Source: Tricharina praecox
Taxonomy: Eukaryota
Assembly: GCF_024521635.1 (NCBI RefSeq)
Contig: NW_026250404.1
Location: 1,736,001-1,800,000, forward strand
Reading direction: 5' to 3'
DNA: 64,000 bases
Positions 27,725 through 39,779 of the stretch are shown here, in pieces. The notes under the pieces were generated by a model. That model made no database searches, was not told the DNA's origin, and saw only the letters and a program-made list of their open reading frames with translations. The position numbers and the translations under genes are program-made. Positions within the stretch are counted from its first letter, which is position 1; every line of letters starts with the position of its first letter.

Positions 27725-28400
27725 TCGCCCATGGTTGGCTCCGCCCATGGCGGGAGGACAGGCGGACAGGCAGGCAGGCAATCTACATAGCTGATATGTA
27801 GGATATGGAGTTATGTACTTCTTGCATATGATATGCACTCTAATATCGATCCCGTATGCCCGGCGCACGCAATATGATATCAATACATCTAGGTACATAT
27901 GATATGTAACCAGCAATGCTTTCAACTTTCACTTCATTTCAATCCCGCACACACCCTTCACGGTCTATCCACACACTCCCTCTATCCTATCCTTACAGAC
28001 CAGACCAGACCATCTCGCGGAAGCAAGCAAGCAAACAATAGGAAAAAAACGAAAATCTAACCAAAGAGAAAAAAAGCAAAGCAAAGAAAAGCAAAGAAAA
28101 GCAAAACACCTAGACTTCAACCCATCCCCCACCCAGCCCGACCGACCAACCCCCCAAATGATATAAGAACACGGACATGAATGAGCAAGCAAGCACGTAG
28201 GAAAGTTATACAAGCAAGAAAAGAATAGAAAAGAAAAGGAACCCGAACAGAACAGAACAGTAATAGGTACAGAAGCAAAGGGGGAAATCGGGAAGTACAT
28301 AAGATAAAATATAAGGAGAAGAAGAAGTCATTCATTTTCGAGTTTGATTCGTTGCAGTTCATTCCCCGCGTGGGGGCGCCCAAAGAAGAAGATTGATTGA

Positions 28401-29557
28401 TTACTCCTTCCGACTCGCCCCCGCAGCGGCAACCATCTCCTTCACCGCCTTCTGTCGCTCCTTCTCCTTGCCCTTCCTGCTGAGCGGAGGCATGCTGCTG
28501 CTGCGCTTCTCCTTCCCCTCCTCGACCTCGCGGTAGAGTCCGTGCTCGCGGATATACTCTATGACGCAGGCAGGGAGGAGATAGTGTACGCTCATTCCCT
28601 GCCGGAGAAACTGCCGAATTCCGGTGCTGGAGATGTCATTGGCGATCAGCTGCCGGATTACGTGGATGTTCTCTAGCCAGTCTTTGCCGAGGTCGTTGCT
28701 CCACTCCTTTAGTGGGGCCAGGGCGTCGTGAACGGCTGAGCCGGATCGTTCGACGACAAAGATTCCATAGCCGCTGAGAATGTGGTCCAGATCGGGGATG
28801 CTCCAGACGCCAGGTTGCTAAGATTGTTGTTAGTATCTGAAGGTGTGGGAGTAGCGGGGGATAGTATGAACTTACAGACATCGTCTGGAGTAGGTCGCTG
28901 CCGGAGAGGAGGCTGACGTGTGCGCGTCGGTACTCGCTGCGAGGAGCACCCTCATAGGGCGCAATTCCACCGATCACGTCGTTGACCTCGTGGGCGACGT
29001 GGTCTAGGACCAGAGCTGTAGGCTGGTATTCGGGCTGGATGGCCTCCCATGGGTCTACCATGATCCAGTCGGACGTCTGGTCGCAGGCGAGCTCACACAT
29101 GCGGAGTCTAGTTTCTCATCGTGTCAGCATTGATTGCATTGGAGTACGGCAAAGTGATGCAGCAAGGTTGCATTGCCGAGGTGTCTGAGAGAGAAAGTGA
29201 GGGAAGGAGGGGTATAGGAGGTAAGGTAAGGAATGAAGAGGAAAGAAGGAATGGGGGGGGGGCTATCTACCGGTGCGTAGCAGAAGCCAAACCGGCCTTA
29301 TTGTAGCGGTCCGACACGGGCGACATGTAGCCCGCAACAACCTCATATTCGTCACTCATGTTCTGCCTAACATGGTCGACCGCCATTTCGAACATGCGCA
29401 AGTGCATGTGGGTAATAGGCGAGAAGGAACCACAGGCGACGAGCACCAGAGGTGTCTTGGAGGGATCGGTCAGGGCGCGCGACAATCGGTGCGAAGGGAA
29501 GGCGTATTCGTCCATTGTGCTCGCGGAGGGGGTGGAAGGGCTCGTTGCGAAGGTCAT
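28401..29557 (-). CDS. NMA1: Nicotinamide/nicotinate mononucleotide adenylyltransferase; exons 29557-29271, 29107-28876, 28817-28401
   Basis: LVLVACGSFSPITHMHLRMFEMA, SPVSDRYNKAGL, HRLRMCELA, GSDLLQTMS-QPGVWSIPDLDHIL, NDISSTGIRQFLRQGMSVHYLLP; introns GTAGAT..TAG and GTAAGT..TAG. Confidence 0.95.
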
Positions 29558-30957
29558 TTTAAGGTTCTTCTTGACTTCTGCTTCTTTTCGGGGAGGAGGA
29601 GGAGTCCGCGATGGTGTGGTCAATAGGCCGAGCTCTGAAGAGGTAGAGGTGACTAGAGGTAACTAGAGATAGAGGTGGAGGTGGAGGTATTTGTCTGCGA
29701 TGGATTGTCGGAGTCAAGTTGAATACGGTATTTGATGGCTGGGGTTGTTGTAGCCGGATGTGCAGGAGTCAGAAGCGGGGGGGTTTCGTGGAGGCTGATG
29801 TGCGGTGACTCTTCGGCACGAGGAGGGAAGGGATTGGGGTGTTTTGTGTTTGAAGCTGGGGGGGTGTCTTGGTGGGGGTAATTGGTCTTAGAAAGCGGTG
29901 GTCGGCGCGGGTACTTTGAAATGTGCGTGGTGGGGTTGCGTCTACTTCCTCGAGGTACCTAGCGAGTGTGGAGCCCGAATATGTAGACGACGCGGACTTA
30001 ACAGAGTTTTATTTAAACACCGCCGTTTTGGGTGGCGAGCGGCGAGCGGACAGACCCTGACCAACATCGCTCTCATCGTCGTCGTCCGCCCACGCTGCAG
30101 CCAACCACCGGCGCACTTGCTACATCCTCTACACATGATACTACCACAAACCCGCTTCTCCTCGTCCCTATCTAGGGCGATGCGGGATGATGCAGAGGGA
30201 TTTTCGGATGTGTTCGCTTGGGGGACAAGACCGAACCCGCGACGACCGCCGTCATGCAGTTCCATGTTTTGTGGGAGATGTATTGCCCTAATTGGTGGGA
30301 ATCCGCTTGCATGGGATCGGGGTAGCCAGCCGTCATGGTGAGGATCGAGTTCTGGAATTTAGCCATCCCAACCATGAATCTCACGGGGTTATACCGGGTG
30401 GACGGTGTTGCCAAGGCGCCTGATTATGTAAGCGCGCGATGCACCGGTGGTGATGCACGGGAATCGGCGCGCATGTCGCGGCGTGGAGGCAGCGGCTTCC
30501 TCACTGCTCACCGACTTGCCGGCCCGTTGATTGACCGTATCTTTCCCTCACTATTGGACACAGGTATTTGCATTGCATCTCAGCTTTATTCGTGCTTCCT
30601 TCGCATTGTCAACCCTGGGTAATACACCCCCTCTCCGTGCCGATTATACTTCGAACCTATGGTTGTACTTATCCATTCTCGGCCACTTTCAACATATCGG
30701 GGTCCCGTCAAGATCCACCCCAGGACTTAAGTTCCTCCTTGCTTCTGATATCCGGCAGGCTATCTCTCTGCTTCTACCGTCTCTGTCGAGCGAAGCTCCA
30801 GGTCTTAGCTTCTCATCCCTCCCTCCCTTGGAGCCATCTTCCGGTGAGCAGACCGGCGTGCAGATCAAGGGGAAGTTGACCAAGTCGGTAAAGAACACCT
30901 TCCTTCGGTCCTTCGGTCCTTCTCCTCATCCTTGAAGTCCGGTATGTACGGAAGAGA

Positions 30958-32260
30958 TCACTGTCGTCTAGTAACTAGCACCCCGTAGAATGCGTCGATC
31001 TGCTTGGCCGCGGGAAGGAAGGCGGCAGAGATACTCGAGCGAACTGCCGCCATACACTCGCGCATGTTGTATGTGCTTTCCGAGCTTGATCGCGCGAAGC
31101 GGCGAAGGACCGATGCCGTGCCTACAGTACACCGACGACGCAACACACAGCAGCGCGTCCGCGAATGGGATGCTGCCGCCGCAGGCGAAATGGTTCGCCA
31201 TCAGCGTCGTGTACGGTGTACCCGCTCCCCTGGCTCTTGGGGTGCTTCGGAATAGAATCCGGATGCCGTGGATCAGGTGGAGCTTCCAGTACCCGCCCGA
31301 CTGCGCTGCGTATCTAGGAGGAGGTTCCGAATGCACCGATTCCGCTGATGGTGCTCGAGAATACATTCACTTTCAACTGCATTCCTGGAACAAGCGCGAG
31401 TGCTGCTAGATCCTCGCGCGAGGTCTCGGTGCACGGCTTTCGATCCAGTGTCCGCGCGGTACGTACCTGGTTGAGGCCGACGTCGGCCCTTCCGAGGGGG
31501 TCGTCTTCGTCGTCGCTCTGGTGGTTTCATGTCGAGAGGGTGCTCGAAGATTCGCCCTCCCGGGATAGTCCCAGCACGGCCATTCTGAACCTCTTGTTTC
31601 TGCTGTTGGATGAACTGTGGTCATCGAAGGTGGAGGCCTGTGGGGCTTTTTGCCAGTCGATCGATTCCAAGCCGTTGTTTTTCGTTACCGGCCGTAGTCG
31701 TCGGGTCGAGGGGCCTCACAAAGTCTATCAGGTGCGGTACAGTACAAGTAGGCCGACCTACCATCTCAGTCCCAATTATTTCTGGACCGTTCTCTTGGAC
31801 TCCTGCGGTTTGCCACCACCGAATACCTAGCGAGGAGATACCAGAAAAATGCCACCACTGCTCCCTCCGAGAAGGAGCCTTACTGCTGGACCGATACAGC
31901 ATCGAGCGCATGCCCTTATCCACCTCTAGGCGGTGCTTTATTGCCCACAACTGCTGGTAATCCAGATGGCGTCTGTCCCTTGCCAGCTTCTTCTCCGCCT
32001 CCAGCCCCACCTCATTCTCTTCCCACTCCGTGAGTACGCACTCTCTCGCTCTGGTCATACATCCGCACCTTCTGAAACCTCGCATAATCCTCCAGCGGCA
32101 CCTCGTCCGCCACCTGCCCGAAGACATTCCTATACAGGGCAACCCAGCACACCGCACCATGGAACGAGTCCAGTCCAGCTGATCGAGGGCGGCGGCGGAA
32201 GTCCACAACCCGCATCGCCAGCCTCGATCAGCCTCCGTGATAGTCGGCAGCCGTGGCACC
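30958..32260 (-). pseudogene. Possible frameshifted gene remnant of unknown family
   Basis: Overlapping protein-like minus-strand frames (HGAVCWVALYRNVFGQVADEVPLEDYARFQKVRMYDQSE switching at an (AG)n run to RECVLTEWEENEVGLEAEKKLARDRRHLDYQQLWAIKHRLEVDKG; also ORF 30968-31366); no clean gene model. Confidence 0.3.
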
Positions 32261-33083
32261 GCCGTTTCCCGCCCGAACAGCGCGGCGAAGTACGAGGCCG
32301 GCGTGACGTAGAAGTACCTAGCTCATGGTGTGTTTTACTGCACCGTCTCGCTGGCGCACGCGCCGAATACGCTCGATGAGGATGGTGAATACCTAGGGTG
32401 AATGACTAGGGTGATGAGCAGCGCGAGCAGCGCCTTCTAGCTCTCTATCTATGGTCAACTTCTTTTCGTCCAGCCGTTTGTCGGGGCTGTACAATACGCC
32501 ATGCCTATGTCGAGCTCTCTGGTTGGTGGTGCTGTGTGTCTCTCGGATGTCAGACTCAGGCTGACTGACCGGTGAGATGGATATTGATCGGGGAACGGGA
32601 ACTGCTGTGTATATACACCTTATTCCTGCGAGAGGCGAGAGTCCAATCTAAGTCTTTTATCTATGCGTAAGTAACTATTGATCACTCATTCGTGCGGTGA
32701 GCACATCTAGTGCGCGGGCGCGTGTGGCTGGGGTTTGCGGTACCTATATATGTAGGGTGGCGCCTGCGTGAACACAACTTCCGGCGCAGCAGATGGCAGA
32801 ATGATCTAGGTACGTAGCCGTGTCAAATCCTGAGGTTTATGGCAGAATACAAGCTGTTGGGCCTCAAAGCAGCAGAGTCGGTGGCCCGTTGAACGCGCAT
32901 TACGCAGCCATCATGGGGCTGACGATGCAGGGGCTGGACAGCATCTCGAGGCGGTAGGGACTATGACAGACTGCTAGTTACTACTGGTCACTTCACCGGC
33001 TTTGATATGCAAATATGGTGGGAATTGGCGAGGGATATAGATTTCGTGGTCATCGCCATACGTCATGATAGGTAGCATGTCAG

Positions 33084-33167
33084 GAGCCCTCACGGCAGCA
33101 CAGCGGCGTTGAAATCTCAACCCATGGTACGCCAGAGCCCTCACCGCAGCACAGCAGCGTTGAAATC
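33084..33167. repeat. 33-bp direct repeat pair with an 18-bp spacer
   Basis: GAGCCCTCACGGCAGCACAGCGGCGTTGAAATC (33084-33116) and GAGCCCTCACCGCAGCACAGCAGCGTTGAAATC (33135-33167), 2 mismatches. Confidence 0.85.
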
Positions 33168-34019
33168 AAAACGCAGGCCCCGAAGTTAGTTACCAGGCAG
33201 CATCTGGAGATATAGTACAGTCACTTATGCCTACCATAGTAGGTAGTAGGCCAAGCTAAATCCATACTGGCGGGTGGGTGGAGTTCAACGAGTATGTAAG
33301 CGCAAGGCTGCTCAACATCTAGATCGGTGGGCGACTCCAACTTTGCACGGCTCCCTTTGCTCCGTACACCAACATCCGCATAGGTAGGTTGCCCATAGTT
33401 ACAGGCAAAGCAACAACGGGACAGACTAGCAAGCGTGGCTGACCGCGAGTGGGTGAGTGAGTGAGTGAGTGAGTGATTATGGCCTGAATCCGAATTGCTG
33501 CGATCAACAAAAGGTTCGCAGATGGTGGTGCTTGGAGGGTCGCGAAATGCTGAGATGCAATTGACACCTGCATGTCCCGAGATTGTAAGCTGCTTCCATT
33601 CAATAAGTAGGAGCTCCCGTATGTAGTAGCTATCCACAACACCACCGATCACCAGTATGCCCCGCACGCGACCCATTTGGTAAAACATAGCAGAAAAAAA
33701 GAAAAAAAGCAAACAAGACGCGGTAAAGCACCTTACATGATGAAGGCATAGCCACCGACCAACCTGCACCGGAATTTGCGGATACAGAAAAATCACGCAA
33801 TCAAACACCATGGAAAAGAAATACACAAAAGCACAACAAACACACCAATAGTTCCTGGTTCAGAGGGACAAACTAGAGGTAAAAGAGTAGATGATGAGTG
33901 GGTTTGATCGGGTCACGGTCATGCCAACCATTGAGCACGGCGCCTACCAAGAACGGAAGGAGAACAAAGTGATGACGGAGACAATTAAGCCAAATACCAT
34001 CAGGGATGACTGTGACAGC

Positions 34020-36312
34020 CTACAAGTCATCCTCAAGGTATTTGTACACGAACTTGAAGTCGGACTTTCTCCGGTTCATCCTACATAAGCTACCGTTAGT
34101 CACCAACACAACACGTTTGCTTAACCAAGATACTAACCATGTACTCTCGTAGTCAAAGAACCGGTATGTTCCTTGCTCATACTCCTCGGTGATCGTTTTG
34201 GGCTCCTCGTGCCTCTGGAACCAAGTCTGGTACTGCTTGTGAAACCGCCAGCTCTGGCGCTTCAGTTCCTTAGCTGCCAAGTACTGCTGATAGGTGCCTT
34301 GTCGGTAGTAGAACACGTAGAAGAGCGTATCAGTATCCACTCGCCGGTAGAGAGCGGGATCGTCGAATATCGGCAACGGCTCCTGGGGATAGTGGTTGGG
34401 AGTATTGTACTTCTGTGTGGGCTTGTAGTGCTTCGGCTTCTCCGCGTCGATGGAATCGGGTGCATTCACGTACGACAACTCCAAGGACCGGGTTAGCCCT
34501 GGCGGATTTGGTAGGAGTCTCTTCTTGGTCGCTTCGAACGACTCCATGAGATCCTGTAGGCCTGGTGGCAGATGGAATACGCAATCGTCCTGGGCTTGCT
34601 CGACTGATGGTTCCGTAGACTCATAAGTGCCATTGGTACCATTCGTGCCGTTGACTTGTGTTTCTGAGGGGCCCGGGGAGGGGGCAGCATCCGAGTTGGA
34701 TGGTTCGTTGGGAATTTCCGGCAAAGGTCCAACTGGCGGCGCACCAGGCGAAGGTAGGCGCACGTTGGGTTTGGGTGATGTCGACTGTTCGGACACTGGC
34801 GGTGAATTCTTTTCTGGCACATGACTAGGTGTACTAGGCACGTTGTTTTGGCGTTGTGCGAGCTGTGCGTGCTGAATGATCGGTGTGGACTGCTTCGGTG
34901 GGTTTGCTGGCGGCGGAAAAGCGGCCTGAACGGGTGCCTGACCTGGTGGAGGCGGTAACGGCGCAATCCCAACGTTTCTCTCCGCAGCTGCAGCCGCCGT
35001 CGCAACAGATGCGTACTTCAGCTCTCCAGGTCTCGTGGATAATGGTGCCGGCTTCACGGAACCGTTGCTCGGACTCACGCCGAATGAAGGCGCCGGACTG
35101 GGTGTGTGCATGGTCAGTGGTATAGGCATGGGCGATTTGATCTGTGTACTGGGTCTTCGAGCGGTCGCAACTTCTTTCGCTTTGATCGGGGCTTGGTTTT
35201 CCGACATGTCGTCCTGCTGACTCGTTGTATCTTGACTCGACATCCGGTCCGCGTCCATACCCATCCCGAATATGTCCTCGGCGATCTCCTCGTCAAGATT
35301 TAATTCGTCGTAGATGTTCTCGTCCTCGTCGACCATGAAATCGACGTCCTGATTCGACTCGACATACCATTTGATGTCTTCCTTGATCCGTTCCACGTTA
35401 TCGATTTCCAGTTGGCCGTTCTCCAGCAGTCTCATGATCAGCTCCAGCTTTCCCTGATGCCATTTATGCCGTTCGACGATCCTCTCCACCTCCGCCACCC
35501 GATCGGCTTTCGACGAATCCCCCTTCTTCCCCTTCTTCAGCGTGACAGCTAACCCCTCCGCCTCCGCTTCGCAAGCTTCAATCTGGCGATCCAGCTCAGT
35601 AGTGCAGTCGGACAGAAAATTAACCATGTCTTGTTTCTGCTGAGATTTTGGATCGAGCCGTGCCGAAGCTAGTAGACCTTCTTTCGAATACGCTTTCGTT
35701 TTCATTTCCTTTTCCACGGCTTTGAATTTCTCCATTTGCTGTATATAACACAGGCCCCCAAAGGGTGGGCAAGAAAATCAGCATGCTAATACAAACGCGA
35801 CAACGAAGAGAAAACGGAATGAAAGCGGCAAGGAAATCCAAATGAGGAGATAGTGGCCACGAAAACGAGATGCCACAGCAATCCCAACGGTAGTAAGCAG
35901 CAGCAACGTCACCGACAGGTCTGCCGTGTCGAAATGACAGGACCAACTCAAAGAGTGATGAGAAAGTGGTATGTGCAGCAACAGTGCTTGCGGGAGGACA
36001 CGAACAAATACAAAGGGTAGTATAAACGTCAGCAGCAGAAGGGCAACAAGTCCTCACCGTCTCAATCAGCTTCCGCTGATCTAGTAATGGCTTCTTGTCC
36101 TTGATTTCCGAGTTGGCGGCCCATGTCTTGATCTGATCGCGATGTCGTTGAAGCTTCTTGATCTCCCGTTTGAGCGAGTCTTCGAGCTTCTCCTTTTGTG
36201 ACGAGTTTGTGCATTGCTGAAGCTTCTCGTAGATGGATTCAAACTGTGCGATGCCTTCGGCTACTCGTTTGAAGGTCCGCTCGACCTCTTGTTGAAGCTT
36301 TCGGGCGGCCAT
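34020..36312 (-). CDS. NOT3: CCR4-NOT complex subunit Not3/Not5; exons 36312-36058, 35738-34138, 34080-34020
   Basis: [20 protein letters not shown]...[41 protein letters not shown]-box [43 protein letters not shown]...[20 protein letters not shown]. Confidence 0.97.
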
Positions 36313-36801
36313 ATTTGAATGTCGTGGAGGGTGACAGGCGATGAGTACTGGTGCCAATGCCGGGAAGGCTCGAGAAGTGGAGTGGCGAGGAGGCGGAGGA
36401 GACGGCAGGAAGGTGTACTGTGTTGCGGCTTAAAGTTTCGCGTGCGCAGGGAGGGGAAGGAAGTGGTTGCGTGGGCGACAAACCAGCGGTCGTGGGATTC
36501 GGTACCTGTTTCGGGGTCTTATTGGTATGTGGTGAGTAGGTCGGGAGGGAGTTGATGTCCGTCAGTCAACCGTCAGATGCGCTTGACCGCTTGGGGGGTT
36601 GAGGCTGCGATGTTTGTTCTGGGGACGTTTCAACCGTTTTGGGTGATCCCCGTGATGGAAACTACGGCGGCGCTAAGTAATCATGGATACTAGTACACTC
36701 TGTTCATCCATATACCAATCCCCCCACAATAACCATTGTCATCACCCAGTCTTCCCCGCTCCATTCAACTGTAGCCATCTCCCCTCTTATCATCATCGAA
36801 C
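36313..36801. promoter_or_regulatory. Compact divergent promoter region shared by NOT3 and DTD1
   Basis: Head-to-head ATGs 490 bp apart. Confidence 0.55.
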
Positions 36802-37602
36802 ATGAAAGGTGAGTATTCCTCGTTTTGATTGTTTTGAGATTGTTGTGATTTATTACCATGCTGACCACGTGAGTAGCAATCATTCAGCGTGTTATCTCGG
36901 CTTCCGTGACGGTGGACGGCCAGGTTGTCTCCTCCATCTCGAACGGCATCCTAGTTTTTGCAGCTAGCTAGTATTCCCGCCTGGACCCTCCGTGATCCCA
37001 CGAACTAACGCCTCGTCGCCACAGTCGCCCCTAACGACACTCTGAAGGACATCGATACTCTTGCCAACCGCATTCTCAAGCTCAAAGTATGGGACGACAA
37101 CGACGGTGGTAGCAACGGCCGGTGGAAAAACTCGGTCATCGACATGAAATACCAGATTCTCCTTGTGCCCCAGTTCACGCTGCTCGCCAACACAAAGAAG
37201 GGTAACAAGCCAGACTTCCATGGGGCATGTCCGTCGCAGATGGCGAAGGATATGTACACGTCGCTGCTGGAGAAGACAAGGGAGCTGTATATCAAGGATA
37301 GACAGCTACCCAGCGAGGAAGGGATCAAGTGGGTTCAGGATGGTGTGTTTGGGGCCATGATGCAAGTAGCATTGATCAACGACGGACCGGTAACTCTCGA
37401 GATCAACACCCCTTCGCCACAGCAGCAATCAACGAACAGCACGGAGAAGGGCAGTGGGGAAGGGTCACAGAAGGGCAGTGCGAAGGGAACACCGAAAGAG
37501 AAGGGGGCACCGAAGGGAAGAGAAACGCCAACAACTGAGGCACTTGGAGCGGGGACATCACCTTTGGCTGAAGCAGTTACCGCCAAAATTGAAGGATGTT
37601 GA
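36802..37602 (+). CDS. DTD1: D-aminoacyl-tRNA deacylase; exons 36802-36808, 36877-36966, 37025-37602 (second intron GC-AG)
   Basis: MK-AIIQRVISASVTVDGQVVSSISNGILVFAA-IAPNDT..., LLVPQFTLLANTKKGNKPDFH, GVFGAMMQVALINDGPVT; low-complexity C-terminal tail. Confidence 0.92.
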
Positions 37603-38486
37603 TACAAGTCTATCGCAACACCCCATCTAGATGTAGCCTTACATGATATCCCCGCTATTTTAGCAGCTTCAGCCTTCAGCCTTCACTATCAACTCTCGAC
37701 TCTCGAGAGTTAAACACCACAAGAATGCAGCCCCGACAAATGCATGAACCTCAAGAGTTCCCCACATCTCACAGACCAGTGACCACATTTTGTTTCATGT
37801 ATTTGTGGCAGTCGGTATGAGTAAGATACATTGTGTTTGGATGCTGAGGACTGATCAGTGGTCCACTGATCACTGGTAAAATGATGGGGTGAGCGACAGG
37901 GGCTAATCACTAGAAAGTCACTTAGCCCAACCAAGCACGAATCCCCGGTGAGATTCGATTCGCGCGAGATCATCGAGTGATATTTATGACAGTCAGCTAG
38001 GTTTAACAGAGGAGTTCCCGAAAGGCCCTGGACGGAGGGCCGACTTCTCCCATCCCTCTGGACCACCCGGCCAAATCATCAAGCCATTTTGATATGCATG
38101 TACCAGAAACGGCGTGCTGGTGTCCAATGTAGTCAGCCGGGATATCTCGTGTGCCCGATATTGTTGAGGGGTTCATGTCAGCTGGTGAGCGCAAGACACC
38201 AAGTTTTGCCAAAGCAGCAGATATGCGGAACGTCGTCATACCAGAGAACTACGCTCGTGCCCCACCGGTTCCAACCCCGCTATCGGCCATTCCATGTGAT
38301 TTAAGCGAGCGTCTGAGGGCTTGGACAATCAGGCCCATCATCTCAGATATATATCCCTTTCCCGACCGCCACCTTCCTGCTCTACAGACGGACCATTCCA
38401 GCACTTCGATAATACGTACATACCGGAACCCGACTACATCTCCCCCACACTTAACTTGCAGGTCTCGGAAATAAGCTTCGAGAGCG

Positions 38487-39779
38487 ATGTCCACAGCAGC
38501 ATCAGTAGCGACGGAAACTCCGATGAGCGGAACGCCAGATGCAGCAGTGCCAGAGCCGGTCTCTCCCGGCAAGAGCAAGCGGTCGTTTTTTGGCCTCGGA
38601 AAGAAAAGGAAAGACCAAGATGCGCCGTCATCGCCACCTCGCGATAGCTCACCGAAGATAGTCGACGAGAAGGCGCCGCAGTTGCCGCAGTTGGCCAGCA
38701 TTCCACCAATGAATACTTCTCTCACGTCACCATCGGCGTCACCATCGGCGTCAACAACCCCTCGCATACAAACGCTCACGCCATCACCACCATCGACATC
38801 ATCCGCCTTGTTGAATATGCAACAACCACCACCAAAAACACCCACCCGCTCCCTCCATTCGGCGAGCTCGCCAGTCCTAACCCCGCACTCCCCCTCCACC
38901 CCACATGCCCCATCGCAGTCTCCGTCGCGCGGCCTTTCCACATCGAGCTCCATGATCTTCGAGCGCAATGTGCAGGAGCACCCGAACAACCCTAACATTC
39001 CCGTGCCAATGTCGTCGGCGATTCCAGCGCACATCCAGACCGAGAACTTTATCCCGCCCGTGCTGGAAGCCTCATCGCTGGCCATTACCGACCGGAATTG
39101 CGGCGTCGATGAGGTCGAGATCGTGATGCACTCTGCGCACCAGCCCGCGCTCTCGGTCGGCGGGCTGGCCACGTCCCTCGAGAACTACTCCAGCCTCGAC
39201 CACACCGAGGACCCCAGTAGCTACTCGGGCGACGACCTGTCATCGCACGGTGGCGGCATTGGCGCGTCGGCCGCGGCAGATAAGCGGCGGCTCTCGTTCA
39301 TATCGTTTGCGGATGTGGTCCAGGCCGAGCAGGCGGAGCAGTACGGCGATATCATGACCCACAGCACGTCTTCTCCGTCGCGCGGGAGTCCAGTGCAGAG
39401 CGCGGCTGATCCCGCGGCCATGGGCACAATAAACGAGACCATGAGGAGGAGCCCCAGTCCGATCCGGCTCGGCAGTACGCCGTCGCGCGGGAGTCTCGTG
39501 CAGGACCCTAACTCGCTGAGCTCCATCAACGAGACGTTAAGGAGGAGCCCCAGTTCCATTCGACTGGGCAATAGCCCGCCACGGTCAACGTATATGGCGG
39601 GCGAGAGGAGCCCGGGAAGCCCCGGAAGCCCCGGAAGGACTGCGGCGGACCATATCGGCGTCGAGAGGGGAGAGTTGACGATCGAGACTATGCGACAGGC
39701 GCTGAAGAAGACTGGAAGCGGTGATTTGGGGCAAAGGAGCCCGATCGCTAGCAGCAGCGCTTTCAGCAGAACAACGTGA
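38487..39779 (+). CDS. Ser/Pro-rich hypothetical protein, 430 aa, intronless
   Basis: Long ATG-started ORF with conserved-looking blocks IFERNVQE, HIQTENFIPPVLEASSLAITD, KRRLSFISFADVVQAE, GELTIETMRQALKKT. Confidence 0.85.
   Translation: MSTAASVATETPMSGTPDAAVPEPVSPGKSKRSFFGLGKKRKDQDAPSSPPRDSSPKIVDEKAPQLPQLASIPPMNTSLTSPSASPSASTTPRIQTLTPSPPSTSSALLNMQQPPPKTPTRSLHSASSPVLTPHSPSTPHAPSQSPSRGLSTSSSMIFERNVQEHPNNPNIPVPMSSAIPAHIQTENFIPPVLEASSLAITDRNCGVDEVEIVMHSAHQPALSVGGLATSLENYSSLDHTEDPSSYSGDDLSSHGGGIGASAAADKRRLSFISFADVVQAEQAEQYGDIMTHSTSSPSRGSPVQSAADPAAMGTINETMRRSPSPIRLGSTPSRGSLVQDPNSLSSINETLRRSPSSIRLGNSPPRSTYMAGERSPGSPGSPGRTAADHIGVERGELTIETMRQALKKTGSGDLGQRSPIASSSAFSRTT

Noticed and set aside
33084..33167. 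CRISPR-like repeat-spacer-repeat ending in GTTGAAATC
   Set aside because: Only two imperfect units with an 18-bp spacer, no cas genes, and a eukaryotic context; a simple local duplication.
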